From assembly GCA_043744895.1 (NCBI GenBank), contig JAYTTT010000185.1, positions 60,563 to 124,562 of the forward strand: DNA of 64,000 nt, read 5' to 3'. The notes beneath the pieces are model-generated. The model saw only the letters and a program-made list of their open reading frames with translations. It was not told the DNA's origin and did not search any database. A program made the translations under genes and the position numbers. Every line of letters begins with the position of its first letter. Within the stretch, counting starts at the first letter, position 1. This DNA is from Gemmatimonadota bacterium (GTDB lineage Bacteria; Gemmatimonadota; Gemmatimonadetes; Gemmatimonadales; GWC2-71-9). Positions 52,085 through 60,526 of the stretch are shown here, piece after piece.

Positions 52085-52516
52085 ATGACCGTCCCCATGA
52101 TCCCCGACGCCGAGCGAGGCGCGGGCATTCATGTGTTGCGTTCGAGTGCCATTTGCCGGGCCTGGAACGGGATCCAGTATAAGGCCGGCCTGTCCGGTGC
52201 CAACGTGGGTTCGAAGCACCTGTCGATGAACGTCGCCACCGTACCGCCGGGGGCGATCGCGTTTGCCCACATCCATGTCGACTTTGAAGTGATGCTCTAC
52301 ATCTTGTCCGGCCAGGTTCGCCACCGCTATGGTGACGGCCTCACCGAGCAGGTGGACAACGGTCCCGGCGATTTCATCTTCATCGAGCCCGGCATCCCCC
52401 ACGAAGTCTTCAACCTGAGCACCACTGACCCGGTGGTTGCGGTCGTGGCCCGGTCCGACGCCGGTGAGTGGGAAAACATCATCGACTACCCCAGCAAGCA
52501 TCGGCCGGTCACGTGA
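52085..52516 (+). CDS. cupin domain protein
   Basis: VATVPPGAIAFAHIHVDFEVMLYILSG...GDFIFIEPGIPHEVFN matches the two cupin motifs. ATG 52085, with GGAG upstream. Confidence 0.75.
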   Translation: MTVPMIPDAERGAGIHVLRSSAICRAWNGIQYKAGLSGANVGSKHLSMNVATVPPGAIAFAHIHVDFEVMLYILSGQVRHRYGDGLTEQVDNGPGDFIFIEPGIPHEVFNLSTTDPVVAVVARSDAGEWENIIDYPSKHRPVT

Positions 52517-53304
52517 GTCCTTGGGTCCTTCGCATCATCGTAGCCAACGTGGTCGTCTTCTTCCTTCAGGCGACCCTTCCGCCGATCAACGCGCTCCTCG
52601 AACTGCGAGCGGTGGGTCTGCTCTGGCGTCCGTGGACGTTGGTGTCGTACATGTTTCTCCACGCGAATTTCAGTCACATCTTCTGGAACATGCTCGGGCT
52701 CTACTTCTTCGGCCCGGTGCTCGAGTCGCGACTGGGGGGGGCACGGTTCGTCCGGCTTTACCTGATCAGCGGGTTGGTCGGCGGCTTGGCGTGGCTGATC
52801 TTCAGCGCGTTTCCAACGGGGGGCATCGGCGCCTTGATCGGTGCTTCGGGCGGGGTCTTCGGGATTCAGTTGGGGTTTGCCTACTTCTGGCCTCGCCAGC
52901 CGATCTACATCTGGGGGATTCTTCCGATCGAGGCCCGGTGGCTGGTCGTGATCATGACGGGGTTCTCGCTGTGGTCGGGTCTCAATGGTGGTGGCGGCGG
53001 CGGGGTGGCGCACTTTGCCCATTTGGGAGGCTTCTTGGGCGGTTTCCTCTATCTCAAGTGGATCGAGAGCCGGCAACAGGCCCCGATGCGGGAATGGCAG
53101 GCCCAGTCGCGGCCGGTCGTCCCAAAACTCGAAGCCGCAGGCAAGGCGATGGAGCGGTGGGCCAAGATTCGGCGGGACGATCTTCACGAAGTGAATCGAA
53201 CCGAGCTCGATCGGGTCCTCGACAAGATCAGCCAGACCGGGATTGCCAGCTTGACGCCGACCGAGCGGGAATTTCTCGACCGCTTCAGCGCCCGGCTTCA
53301 GTGA
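52513..53304 (+). CDS. rhomboid family intramembrane serine protease
   Basis: GTGA junction at GTG 52513. HANFSHIFWNML, catalytic GASGGVFG, and HFAHLGGFLGG. Confidence 0.85.
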   Translation: MSPWVLRIIVANVVVFFLQATLPPINALLELRAVGLLWRPWTLVSYMFLHANFSHIFWNMLGLYFFGPVLESRLGGARFVRLYLISGLVGGLAWLIFSAFPTGGIGALIGASGGVFGIQLGFAYFWPRQPIYIWGILPIEARWLVVIMTGFSLWSGLNGGGGGGVAHFAHLGGFLGGFLYLKWIESRQQAPMREWQAQSRPVVPKLEAAGKAMERWAKIRRDDLHEVNRTELDRVLDKISQTGIASLTPTEREFLDRFSARLQ

Positions 53305-53792
53305 TTTTTCGGAACCCTGTGTGCCTCGTCGCCGGCTTGCTGGCGACTGCCGGTCCGGTCCTGGGTCAGATCCCGGGCGATGAATTGCCGGTCATGTCCC
53401 GGTCTCGTAATGAGTTCCTGGCCAATACCTATGGCGAGGTGAAGCTGATCCTGGCTGATTGGCAGGCCTTCCATTCGTCCGGCGACGCCAAGCGTCTGAC
53501 CCGGCTGTTCACCGAAGACGGCCTCTATTCGCCGGTCGATGGCTGGTATGTCCAGGGGCGAACATCATTGGCCGACACCCTCACCTCACGGGCCGGGCGG
53601 GTCAAGAGTTACCACGCCACCCTGCTCGATTTTACCGCCAGTGGGGGGCTGGCGTACTACCTCGGCCGGATGAGCTACCGGTTGGAGGGTGGTGCCGGCG
53701 TTGATGTGAGCGGCACCTTCGTGATGGTTCTGTACCTCGACGGACGCCGCTGGAAAATCCGGAGCTACGTGGAGCGCCCGGTCGGCGCCTAA
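53301..53792 (+). CDS. secreted SnoaL-like/DUF4440-type protein
   Basis: GTGA junction at GTG 53301. Signal-like CLVAGLLATAGPVLG. The C-terminal FVMVLYLDGRRWKIRSY is typical of NTF2-like domains. Confidence 0.55.
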   Translation: MIFRNPVCLVAGLLATAGPVLGQIPGDELPVMSRSRNEFLANTYGEVKLILADWQAFHSSGDAKRLTRLFTEDGLYSPVDGWYVQGRTSLADTLTSRAGRVKSYHATLLDFTASGGLAYYLGRMSYRLEGGAGVDVSGTFVMVLYLDGRRWKIRSYVERPVGA

Positions 53793-54659
53793 CGCATCGA
53801 CCCGGGCGGACCGACGAGCGGGAGATCAGTTCGGGGACTCCAGTCGCGCATCGAGCCGTCGTAGATCTTGGGGTGGTACCCCATCATCCGGGCGACGAAG
53901 TAGAGATGGCTGGGTGACGATCTGCTTGTCGTTGGTGACGCCGGCCGCCACCAGGAGGGCCGCGAGTTGCTTGGGATCCACCAGGGCCGAGGCGACCCCG
54001 TTCAGGGCGCCGGGGCTGTCGGAGTAGGTCCGATCCCAGGGCAGGTTCTTGGCGCCGGGAAGGTGGCCGTAGCGGGGGAGTCGCTCCACTTCGACGGTGC
54101 CGGCGTATTCCTCGGGCGACCGGCCATCGATCACCGCTACTCTGGGGTCGTCGAGGTGTTGCTTGAGCCAGTCGGCATCGACGACGAGATCGTTGCGGGG
54201 CTTCGGTTCGATGGTCCCTGGCGTCACGACCGGGGCTTCGGTGGTCACGGCGTTGCCGAGCGCCTTCCAGCTCGGCAGCCCGCCATCGAGGATCGCGGAT
54301 TGGTCGCCGAGGCCCAGATAGTCGAGGGCCAGGAAGGCCCGAGGGGTGGTCCAGGCTTCGCCGTAGAGGATGATTCGGGAGTCGGAGGAGACGCCGGCCG
54401 ATTCGAACAACGAATCCAGATAGGCGATCGTCGGAAGCTCTACGCCCGGTCCGGCACTGGTCCACAGCGTCGACGCCTGAACGAACTGGGCCCCAGGAAC
54501 ATGCCCGCGGTCGTAGTCAGCCCGGTCACGGGCAACATGGAGCACCACCAAGCGGGGGTTTTTCTGGTTGGCACGAAGCCACCCGGCCGACACGAGGAGG
54601 TCGCTTGTCTGGGCGCCCGTGACCAGCAGCAGCGGAAGCAATACCGACAACAACACCAT
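53789..54659 (-). pseudogene. two-domain rhodanese (thiosulfate sulfurtransferase-like) with the catalytic loop deleted and a frameshift
   Basis: Frame A (ATG 54659, MVLLSVLLPLLLVTG...HVPGAQFV...YGHLPGAKNLPW...NDKQIVT) loses similarity at about 53920. A different frame then reads (PS)HLYFVARMMGYHPKIYDGSMRDWSPRTDLPLVGPPGSMR*, the canonical rhodanese C-terminus. The expected (Y)Cxxxxx(S/T) active-site loop between IVT and HLYF is absent, and there is no Cys codon in any frame of 53905-53930. Confidence 0.6.
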
Positions 54660-54687
54660 GGTTTTCCTTTCACCACCCTTACGAAGG

Positions 54688-55671
54688 CTAGGCGAAGAGC
54701 GCCACTTGACCGCCGGTGTGCCAGAACAGGACGGTTGCATCGGGGGGAATCCGACCGTCGTGGCAATAGGCGATCAGGCCGGCCAGCGCCTTCGCGGTGT
54801 AGGTGTGATCGACGAAAATCGCCTCAGTCCGGGCGGCCACCTGCTGCGCCTCGGTCGACGCCGGCGTCGGATCTCCGTATCCGGTCCCGACGAATCCATC
54901 GTCGACCTCGACCCAAATTGCCGCGTCGAGCGCCACCGGGTCGAGCCCGAGGATCGGCGCCATACCCTGGACGACGGAGCGGATCTGGCCTTCGACCGCT
55001 GCTGGTGGGTCATCGGCGCTGATCCCGATCACCCGGGTGGCCAGGTCGTGCATGGCCACGCCGGTCAAGAGTCCGGCTGAGGTCCCGCCGGAGGAGCAGG
55101 CGTGGACGATGACGTCGGGCACGGCTTGCTGGGCCACCAATTCGGCGACGGCGTCGGCAAATCCTAACGCGCCGATCGGGGTCGAGGCCCCCAGCGGCAC
55201 GATACCCGGGTGACGGCCCTCGGCCCGGAGCCGCGCGACGGCTGCCTCCATGGCGGGACCCCGGCCTTCTCGGCCCCCGATGTACTCGCAGGTGGCGCCG
55301 AGGAGTCGGTTGAGGAGGGCGTTGCCGGTAGGGCGGGTCGGTTCGGTGCCGTTGACAACGATATGGCAGGCGAGGCCGTGGGCCGCCGCGGCGGCCGCCG
55401 TGGCTCGGGCGTGGTTCGACTGGACTCCGCCGCAGGTCACGATGGTATCGAGGCCCTGCCGTTTCAGGTGGGGAATGACGTAGCGGAGTTTCCGGACCTT
55501 GTTCCCGCCGAACCCGAAGGAAATCGCGTCGTCCCGTTTGATGAAGATTTGCTGGCTCAGTCCAAGCGTTTGACGGAATCGGGCCAGTTCCTCGACCGGA
55601 GTAGGGAAGTGTCCCAAGGCGACGGATGTTTGTCGGGCGAGGGCGTCCAGTCCGCTGGCGAGAGTTGTCAT
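54688..55671 (-). CDS. PLP-dependent D-cysteine desulfhydrase / ACC deaminase family protein
   Basis: IKRDDAISFGFGGNKVRKLRYV (PLP-Lys motif of the ACCD/DcyD family), then TCGGVQSNHARATA. 327 aa. Confidence 0.85.
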   Translation of the reverse strand: MTTLASGLDALARQTSVALGHFPTPVEELARFRQTLGLSQQIFIKRDDAISFGFGGNKVRKLRYVIPHLKRQGLDTIVTCGGVQSNHARATAAAAAAHGLACHIVVNGTEPTRPTGNALLNRLLGATCEYIGGREGRGPAMEAAVARLRAEGRHPGIVPLGASTPIGALGFADAVAELVAQQAVPDVIVHACSSGGTSAGLLTGVAMHDLATRVIGISADDPPAAVEGQIRSVVQGMAPILGLDPVALDAAIWVEVDDGFVGTGYGDPTPASTEAQQVAARTEAIFVDHTYTAKALAGLIAYCHDGRIPPDATVLFWHTGGQVALFA

Positions 55672-55681
55672 GGGGACGATT

Positions 55682-56455
55682 CTACTGTTTCATGGGCAGC
55701 CGCCGCAAGCGTGGGGGTCGGGTCCGTCGGCGGGGCCGGTCGGCAGCCTTGGTAGCCTCCAGGTTGTTGATGACCACCGCGATGAACAGGTTGATGACGA
55801 CGAAGACGGCCAATACGATGAAGCTGGTAAAGAACAACCAAGCCATCGGCACGGCCGTGATGACGGTCGCTTGGAGATCGGTCCATCCCTCCAACGTGAG
55901 AATCTCGAAGAGCGTGAGGCTGGCTACGCCGAGGCTCCTCCAATGCCCGGGGTCGACTTGCCCAAAGAGGGCGATCCCAACCAAGGCATAGCCGTAGAGA
56001 ATGACCCCGAGCAGCAGAGCGATGTGCCCAAGGGAGCCAATCGACCGGAACATCGTGCCAACCAGCAGTCGCAGCTCGGGAACGACGGAGAACATCCGGG
56101 TAAGACGGAGCAGTCTGGCGAGCCGCGCCACCAGCGCGAGTGGTCCAGCCTGGGGCAGGAGTGAGAGGGCGACGACCACGACATCGAACCGGTTCCACGG
56201 GTCCCGGAAGAACCGGCGCGGGGTCGGCCAGGTCGCTCCGAGCCGGATCGCGATTTCAGCGACGAAGAGCGAGGAAAGGGCCAGGTGAAGGGCCGTGAAG
56301 ACCGACTTAGCCCAAGGCGCCGCGTTGGGCGACGTTTCGATGCCGAGGAGGACGGCGTTGGCCACGATCGCGGCGACGACACCTCGTTGGAACCAAGGTG
56401 CATCGGCGATCGTGGCCAACCGGCGGGGGATCAGTCGGGGCGCGGACCAGGCCAT
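55682..56455 (-). CDS. voltage-gated ion channel, single-domain 6-TM (bacterial NaV/CaV-like)
   Basis: S4 with Arg at every third position (LVARLARLLRLTRMF). Pore sequence FEILTLEGWTD (compare the NaChBac-type TLESW filter). 257 aa. Confidence 0.8.
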   Translation of the reverse strand: MAWSAPRLIPRRLATIADAPWFQRGVVAAIVANAVLLGIETSPNAAPWAKSVFTALHLALSSLFVAEIAIRLGATWPTPRRFFRDPWNRFDVVVVALSLLPQAGPLALVARLARLLRLTRMFSVVPELRLLVGTMFRSIGSLGHIALLLGVILYGYALVGIALFGQVDPGHWRSLGVASLTLFEILTLEGWTDLQATVITAVPMAWLFFTSFIVLAVFVVINLFIAVVINNLEATKAADRPRRRTRPPRLRRLPMKQ

Positions 56456-56840
56456 GCGCGGGCGCGGGGTTGCGGAGCCATGGCGGTCGGCGCCGACGCT
56501 CTCGACCCGGCGGGCTTGATCGTCCCACTCTGGGTTCCCCCGGCCGGGAAGAACAGCACCCGAATGTCGGGCTGCCGCCGTCCGGTCGTTGGGCGTCTGG
56601 CTTCAAGCTCGTGGGTCCGCCGCGCCAATAACCGTTCCAGGACCAACTCTGCGCGCCTCATACCAATATCCTCCTCACAGGTGATTGGTTTCGTGGGGCT
56701 CGGTCCATCCGGGCCGCTCCTTCCACGCCAGTCAAGGTAGGAATGGACCGACCCTTCCACAATTTGAAGTTTTGTAGACTAGAGGATGATTTTGTTGTGG
56801 TGTTGGTATCGATGAAACCGAGGCCTACTAGGGCGTGGTC

Positions 56841-58442
56841 TCAAGTCATCGCTCGGGCCACCCGGACGGCGTTCGCCATCAGCGTGAAGGTGATGTTCTT
56901 GGCCGGAAGGAACGGGAAGGTGACGCCGTCGGCAAACCAGACGCCATCCACGTCCGCGCTCTTGCCGTCGGCCGTCGCTGTGAGTGGCGCCGAGGCGCCG
57001 CCCATCGGGATCAACCCCGCGTAGTGGACGCTGGCGCCCTTGGGACGCACGTGCAGCATTCCGGGAGGCACGATGCATCCCAACGTGGCGAGCGCGGAGC
57101 GGACCCGGGCACTGGCGCGGGCGATCTGGGCGTCGTCGTCACCGGCCGGCACATAATCCAGGCGGAGGAGCGAGGGACCGTTCGGTTGCGGCTCGAGGGT
57201 CGCGGTGCAGTCCGGCCGGCGGGTGTCGTGCAAGTTGACGTTCACGACGCCGAGGGCTGACCTCAGCAACTTGAAGACTTGGGTGGCCGCGGTGAAGTCG
57301 AGCGGCAGGCTCTGGATGACAGGGTGAGCCATCCCGGTTTTGAGGGTCGTGAGTTGGGCATGGACCGCGTGGCGGGGGTCGACCCCGGTGAACTCCAAAC
57401 AGAGCTGGTGGTACTGGTAGCTCCGCGGATCGCTGGCCCGGCCGATCATGCCGAGGTTCACGAACGGCACCAGAATCTGCTGGTTGTCCATCAGGCCGGG
57501 CAGCCTGAGGATCTCGCCGGTGGCGCGGCGCACCGATTCGAGCATGATCCGGGCCGAGGACAGGGCACCGCCGGCGAGCGCCACCGTGTCGGTGGGGAGC
57601 GAGGTTTCGGTTCCGTCGGCGCCGCGGAGCACGACACCGGTGACCCGGCGGGCGGCGTTCCAGGTCAGGTGGCTGACGAACGACCCCGGGGCGTACTGGA
57701 AACCGGGTCGGGTCGTTAGGCGCGCCAGCGTCACGGATGGGGTGTAGAGCGCGTCGTGCGGGCAGCCCCAGAGGCAGCGGCCCAGGTACGTGCAGGGGCC
57801 GCGGCCGTCATGGTCGCGGGTGAGCACGGCCAGGCGGGAGCGGCCGGCGTAGCAGCCGGCGGCGTTGAGCGATGCGCGACGGTCGAGGTACTTGGCCATC
57901 AGCCGGGCCGAATGCCGGTCGAAGTGGAGCGGCTCCAGGATGTTGTCGTGGGCCGGGAAGAACGGCGCCAGATCGTCGACGGCGCCGGACACGCCGATCC
58001 GCCGCGCGACTTCCTCGTAATCCGGCTTCAGGTCAGCCAACCCGAACGGGAAGTCGGCCAGCTCGGCGTTGGTGAACGGATAGACCCCGCCCGTCCAGGC
58101 TTCGGCGAGGCCGCCCCGGGCGAATGATGCCAGCGAGGCGAACCCCGACTCGCGGACCGCATGGCCCGGCGCCGGTGCGAGGACGAACGACTTGCTCGGT
58201 GGGAGCCCGTAGTATTCCCCGTCTCCTCCTGGTAGCGTGACCCCTTCGAATCGTTCGCCGAGGAGCCACGCCGCCGGATGGTTGAGCCGGCGCTTGAGAT
58301 CGTCGAAGGACGCGTCGGGCAGAACGGGCGCCGGTCGCTGGTGGCCGACATCGAGCATCAGGACCTCGCGGCCCTGTTCCAATATGGTTTGGGCGAAGTG
58401 GACGCCGCTCGGGCCGGAGCCAACGACGACGATCCGGCTCAC
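56841..58442 (-). CDS. GMC-family FAD-dependent oxidoreductase
   Basis: N-terminal dinucleotide fold IVVVGSGPSGVHFAQTILEQGREVLMLDVG. C-terminal GMC-type block ASVHYAGLIPMGG...DVDGVWFADGVTFPFLPAKNITFTLMANAVRVA. GTG start in a GTGA junction with the upstream gene. Confidence 0.8.
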   Translation of the reverse strand: MSRIVVVGSGPSGVHFAQTILEQGREVLMLDVGHQRPAPVLPDASFDDLKRRLNHPAAWLLGERFEGVTLPGGDGEYYGLPPSKSFVLAPAPGHAVRESGFASLASFARGGLAEAWTGGVYPFTNAELADFPFGLADLKPDYEEVARRIGVSGAVDDLAPFFPAHDNILEPLHFDRHSARLMAKYLDRRASLNAAGCYAGRSRLAVLTRDHDGRGPCTYLGRCLWGCPHDALYTPSVTLARLTTRPGFQYAPGSFVSHLTWNAARRVTGVVLRGADGTETSLPTDTVALAGGALSSARIMLESVRRATGEILRLPGLMDNQQILVPFVNLGMIGRASDPRSYQYHQLCLEFTGVDPRHAVHAQLTTLKTGMAHPVIQSLPLDFTAATQVFKLLRSALGVVNVNLHDTRRPDCTATLEPQPNGPSLLRLDYVPAGDDDAQIARASARVRSALATLGCIVPPGMLHVRPKGASVHYAGLIPMGGASAPLTATADGKSADVDGVWFADGVTFPFLPAKNITFTLMANAVRVARAMT

Positions 58443-58879
58443 CCGTTGCTCCCCTTGAGCCGGCTTGAGAGGTGGATCGGCGCCAGGACGATGATCCCGC
58501 CGCCCAGCAGCAGTATGAAGCCCACCCCGGTCAGCATCAGCTGAACGAGTACCGAGCCCGGCGTCTCCTCGGTGGCGGCAAACGCGGCGTCGCTCGGGGA
58601 GGCGCTTTCGAGGATGGCGACGAGCACCGTGAGTTTGCGGCGGAGCGTCGACATCGGCGCAAAGACCCGCGCGTATCCGTCAGCTGCCCGAAGCGCCCAG
58701 GGACCCCGGGCCGCCCGAGCCAGTAACGCGCGATCGAAGGCCGTGACCGGCTGAAGCGGGAGATACTGATGGGCTCGGGCGTACTGCGCAGCGACGTAGG
58801 CTCCAGGGTCGGAGCCGAGCAGGGTCAGGCCGAACGCCGTGGCCTCGGCTTCGAGGGTTCGTTCCTGGTTGTCAGGCAT
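58439..58879 (-). CDS. hypothetical protein with single C-terminal TM helix
   Basis: 146 aa. The soluble N-domain has no recognised motif. C-terminal TM helix VLVQLMLTGVGFILLLGGGIIVLAPI. 8-nt overlap with the SDR stop and a GTGA junction to the GMC start. Confidence 0.5.
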   Translation of the reverse strand: MPDNQERTLEAEATAFGLTLLGSDPGAYVAAQYARAHQYLPLQPVTAFDRALLARAARGPWALRAADGYARVFAPMSTLRRKLTVLVAILESASPSDAAFAATEETPGSVLVQLMLTGVGFILLLGGGIIVLAPIHLSSRLKGSNG

Positions 58880-59768
58880 GTGGTGCGGTCGCCTCGAGCA
58901 TCCGGGACAACGGAGCCAAGCCCGCGCGCATGGCCTCCCAGAGCGGATTCGGCTCGGCCACGCCGTCTTCCACGAATGACGTCAGCTGGCCGGCGCTCAC
59001 CGGCGAGCGGCCGAACAGCAACGTGTCGATCGCGATCAATCCGGCGCGGAGGAGCGGGTAAGGCAGGGCCATGATCCGGGCTCTCGGTTTGCCCATGGCC
59101 GCGCGCGTTCGGACCAGCAGGTCGGCCATCGTGAGGACTTCGGGGCCGCCAAACTCCAGCGTTGTCCCGTCGAAGGCGCGCCGTTCGAGCAGGCCCGACA
59201 ACACCAGGGCGAGGTCGGCCACGTGCACGGGCTGGACCCGGGCCTTGCCTCCCCCGATCGTGATAATCATCGGTCCGCCGGCCAGCGAGCGAAGCCGGTC
59301 GAGGATCGGCGACCCCGCGCCGAGCACGATCGTTGGCCGAAAGATGGTGAACGGCACTTTTCCCGCTCGCACGACGGCCTCGGCCTCGCGCTTGGCGGTG
59401 GCGTAGGGATAGTGGGCGTCGTTCGGAAAGCGGGCGGCGATCGAACTCACAAACAGCAAGCCGCCGACCCGAGCGGCTTCCGCCGCTTTGAGCAGCGCCT
59501 TGGTACCATCGGTGTTGACGGCGTGGTGCACCGAGGCGCTCGCTCCGCCGGTGGCGGCGGCGAGATGGGCGATATCCGTGTCAGGATCAAGGAACGAGGC
59601 GTAGCGGGCGCTGTCACCGAGGTCACCCTGGACCCAGGTGACGCCGTCGGCGGGAGGCTGTGGGGTCCGGCTCAGGACAACGACCCGGGTGTAGCGGTCC
59701 AGGGCGAGGCGGGCGAGGAGGTGGCGGCCGACGAAGCCGCTGCCGCCGGTGACGAAGAGCGACCGCAT
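58872..59768 (-). CDS. NAD-dependent epimerase/dehydratase family (extended/atypical SDR)
   Basis: Trimmed from ORF 58872..60641 to ATG 59768 (1-nt TGATG overlap with the GT2 stop). MRSLFVTGGSGFVGRHL (GxxGxxG) and YATAK (YxxxK). 298 aa. Confidence 0.85.
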   Translation of the reverse strand: MRSLFVTGGSGFVGRHLLARLALDRYTRVVVLSRTPQPPADGVTWVQGDLGDSARYASFLDPDTDIAHLAAATGGASASVHHAVNTDGTKALLKAAEAARVGGLLFVSSIAARFPNDAHYPYATAKREAEAVVRAGKVPFTIFRPTIVLGAGSPILDRLRSLAGGPMIITIGGGKARVQPVHVADLALVLSGLLERRAFDGTTLEFGGPEVLTMADLLVRTRAAMGKPRARIMALPYPLLRAGLIAIDTLLFGRSPVSAGQLTSFVEDGVAEPNPLWEAMRAGLAPLSRMLEATAPHA

Positions 59769-60526
59769 CAGGCGTGGTGCTTCGGCGGATCTCCCGCGCC
59801 GAACCACCATTGCCAGAGCAGGATCCGGAGCCGGATGACACCTTTGATGTCGTCCCACGCGGTCTTGGCGATCTTGACGCGGCTGTCGTCGTCCTCGATC
59901 CACCGCACTGGGATGTCGCCGATCCGATAGCCCTGCTTCTCGGCCAGCACCAGCAATTCGGTGTCGAAGAACCAAGTCTGGTCTTTGATCTGGGGCACGA
60001 TGCGTTCGATGGCGCGGCGACTCACGGCCTTGAACCCGCATTGGGCGTCGGAGAAGTGAATCCAGAGGACTCGCCGCACGAGGATATTGTAGCACCGCGA
60101 GATGATGTAGCGTTTCCTCGACCGGGTGACCTTCGATTTGCCCTTCTGGAGCCGGGATCCGGTGGACACATCGCAGCCGCCGTGCAGGATCGCGTCCACG
60201 ATCTTTGGGAGGGCGGCGAGTTCGGTCGAGAGGTCCACGTCCATGTAGCAGCAGACGTCTGCCGTGCTCCGGGTCCAGGCGTGGCGGAGGGCCCGTCCGC
60301 GTCCTCGTTCGGTGAGGTGGTAGAAGTCCACATCGGCGGGAAACTGGGCCTTGAGGCGCGCCGCGACGTCCTGGGTGCCGTCGGTGGAACCGTTGTCGAC
60401 CACCACCACGCGCCAGCGGTACGGCAGGTTCGCCGTGCAGAACCCCCGAACGGTGTGGACGCTCTTTTCCAATACATGCGCCTCGTTCAGGACCGGAATC
60501 ATCACGTCCACGGTCGGCGTGCTCAC
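59768..60526 (-). CDS. GT2 glycosyltransferase, polyprenyl-phosphate sugar synthase-like (DPM1/GtrB/ArnC type)
   Basis: GTG 60526 in a GTGA junction, with AGGAGG 5-10 nt upstream. VDVMIPVLNEAHVLEKSV, VVVDNGSTDGT, YMDVDLS (DxD), DAQCGFKAV. 252 aa with no TM helix. Confidence 0.8.
   Translation of the reverse strand: MSTPTVDVMIPVLNEAHVLEKSVHTVRGFCTANLPYRWRVVVVDNGSTDGTQDVAARLKAQFPADVDFYHLTERGRGRALRHAWTRSTADVCCYMDVDLSTELAALPKIVDAILHGGCDVSTGSRLQKGKSKVTRSRKRYIISRCYNILVRRVLWIHFSDAQCGFKAVSRRAIERIVPQIKDQTWFFDTELLVLAEKQGYRIGDIPVRWIEDDDSRVKIAKTAWDDIKGVIRLRILLWQWWFGAGDPPKHHA

Noticed and set aside
56750-56830. AT-rich patch downstream of the GMC gene, as a defined promoter for the channel operon
   Set aside because: I could not place a convincing -35/-10 pair on either strand. 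There is only a 6-bp inverted repeat (CCACAA...TTGTGG) with a 31-nt loop. It is probably regulatory, but no specific call is supportable.
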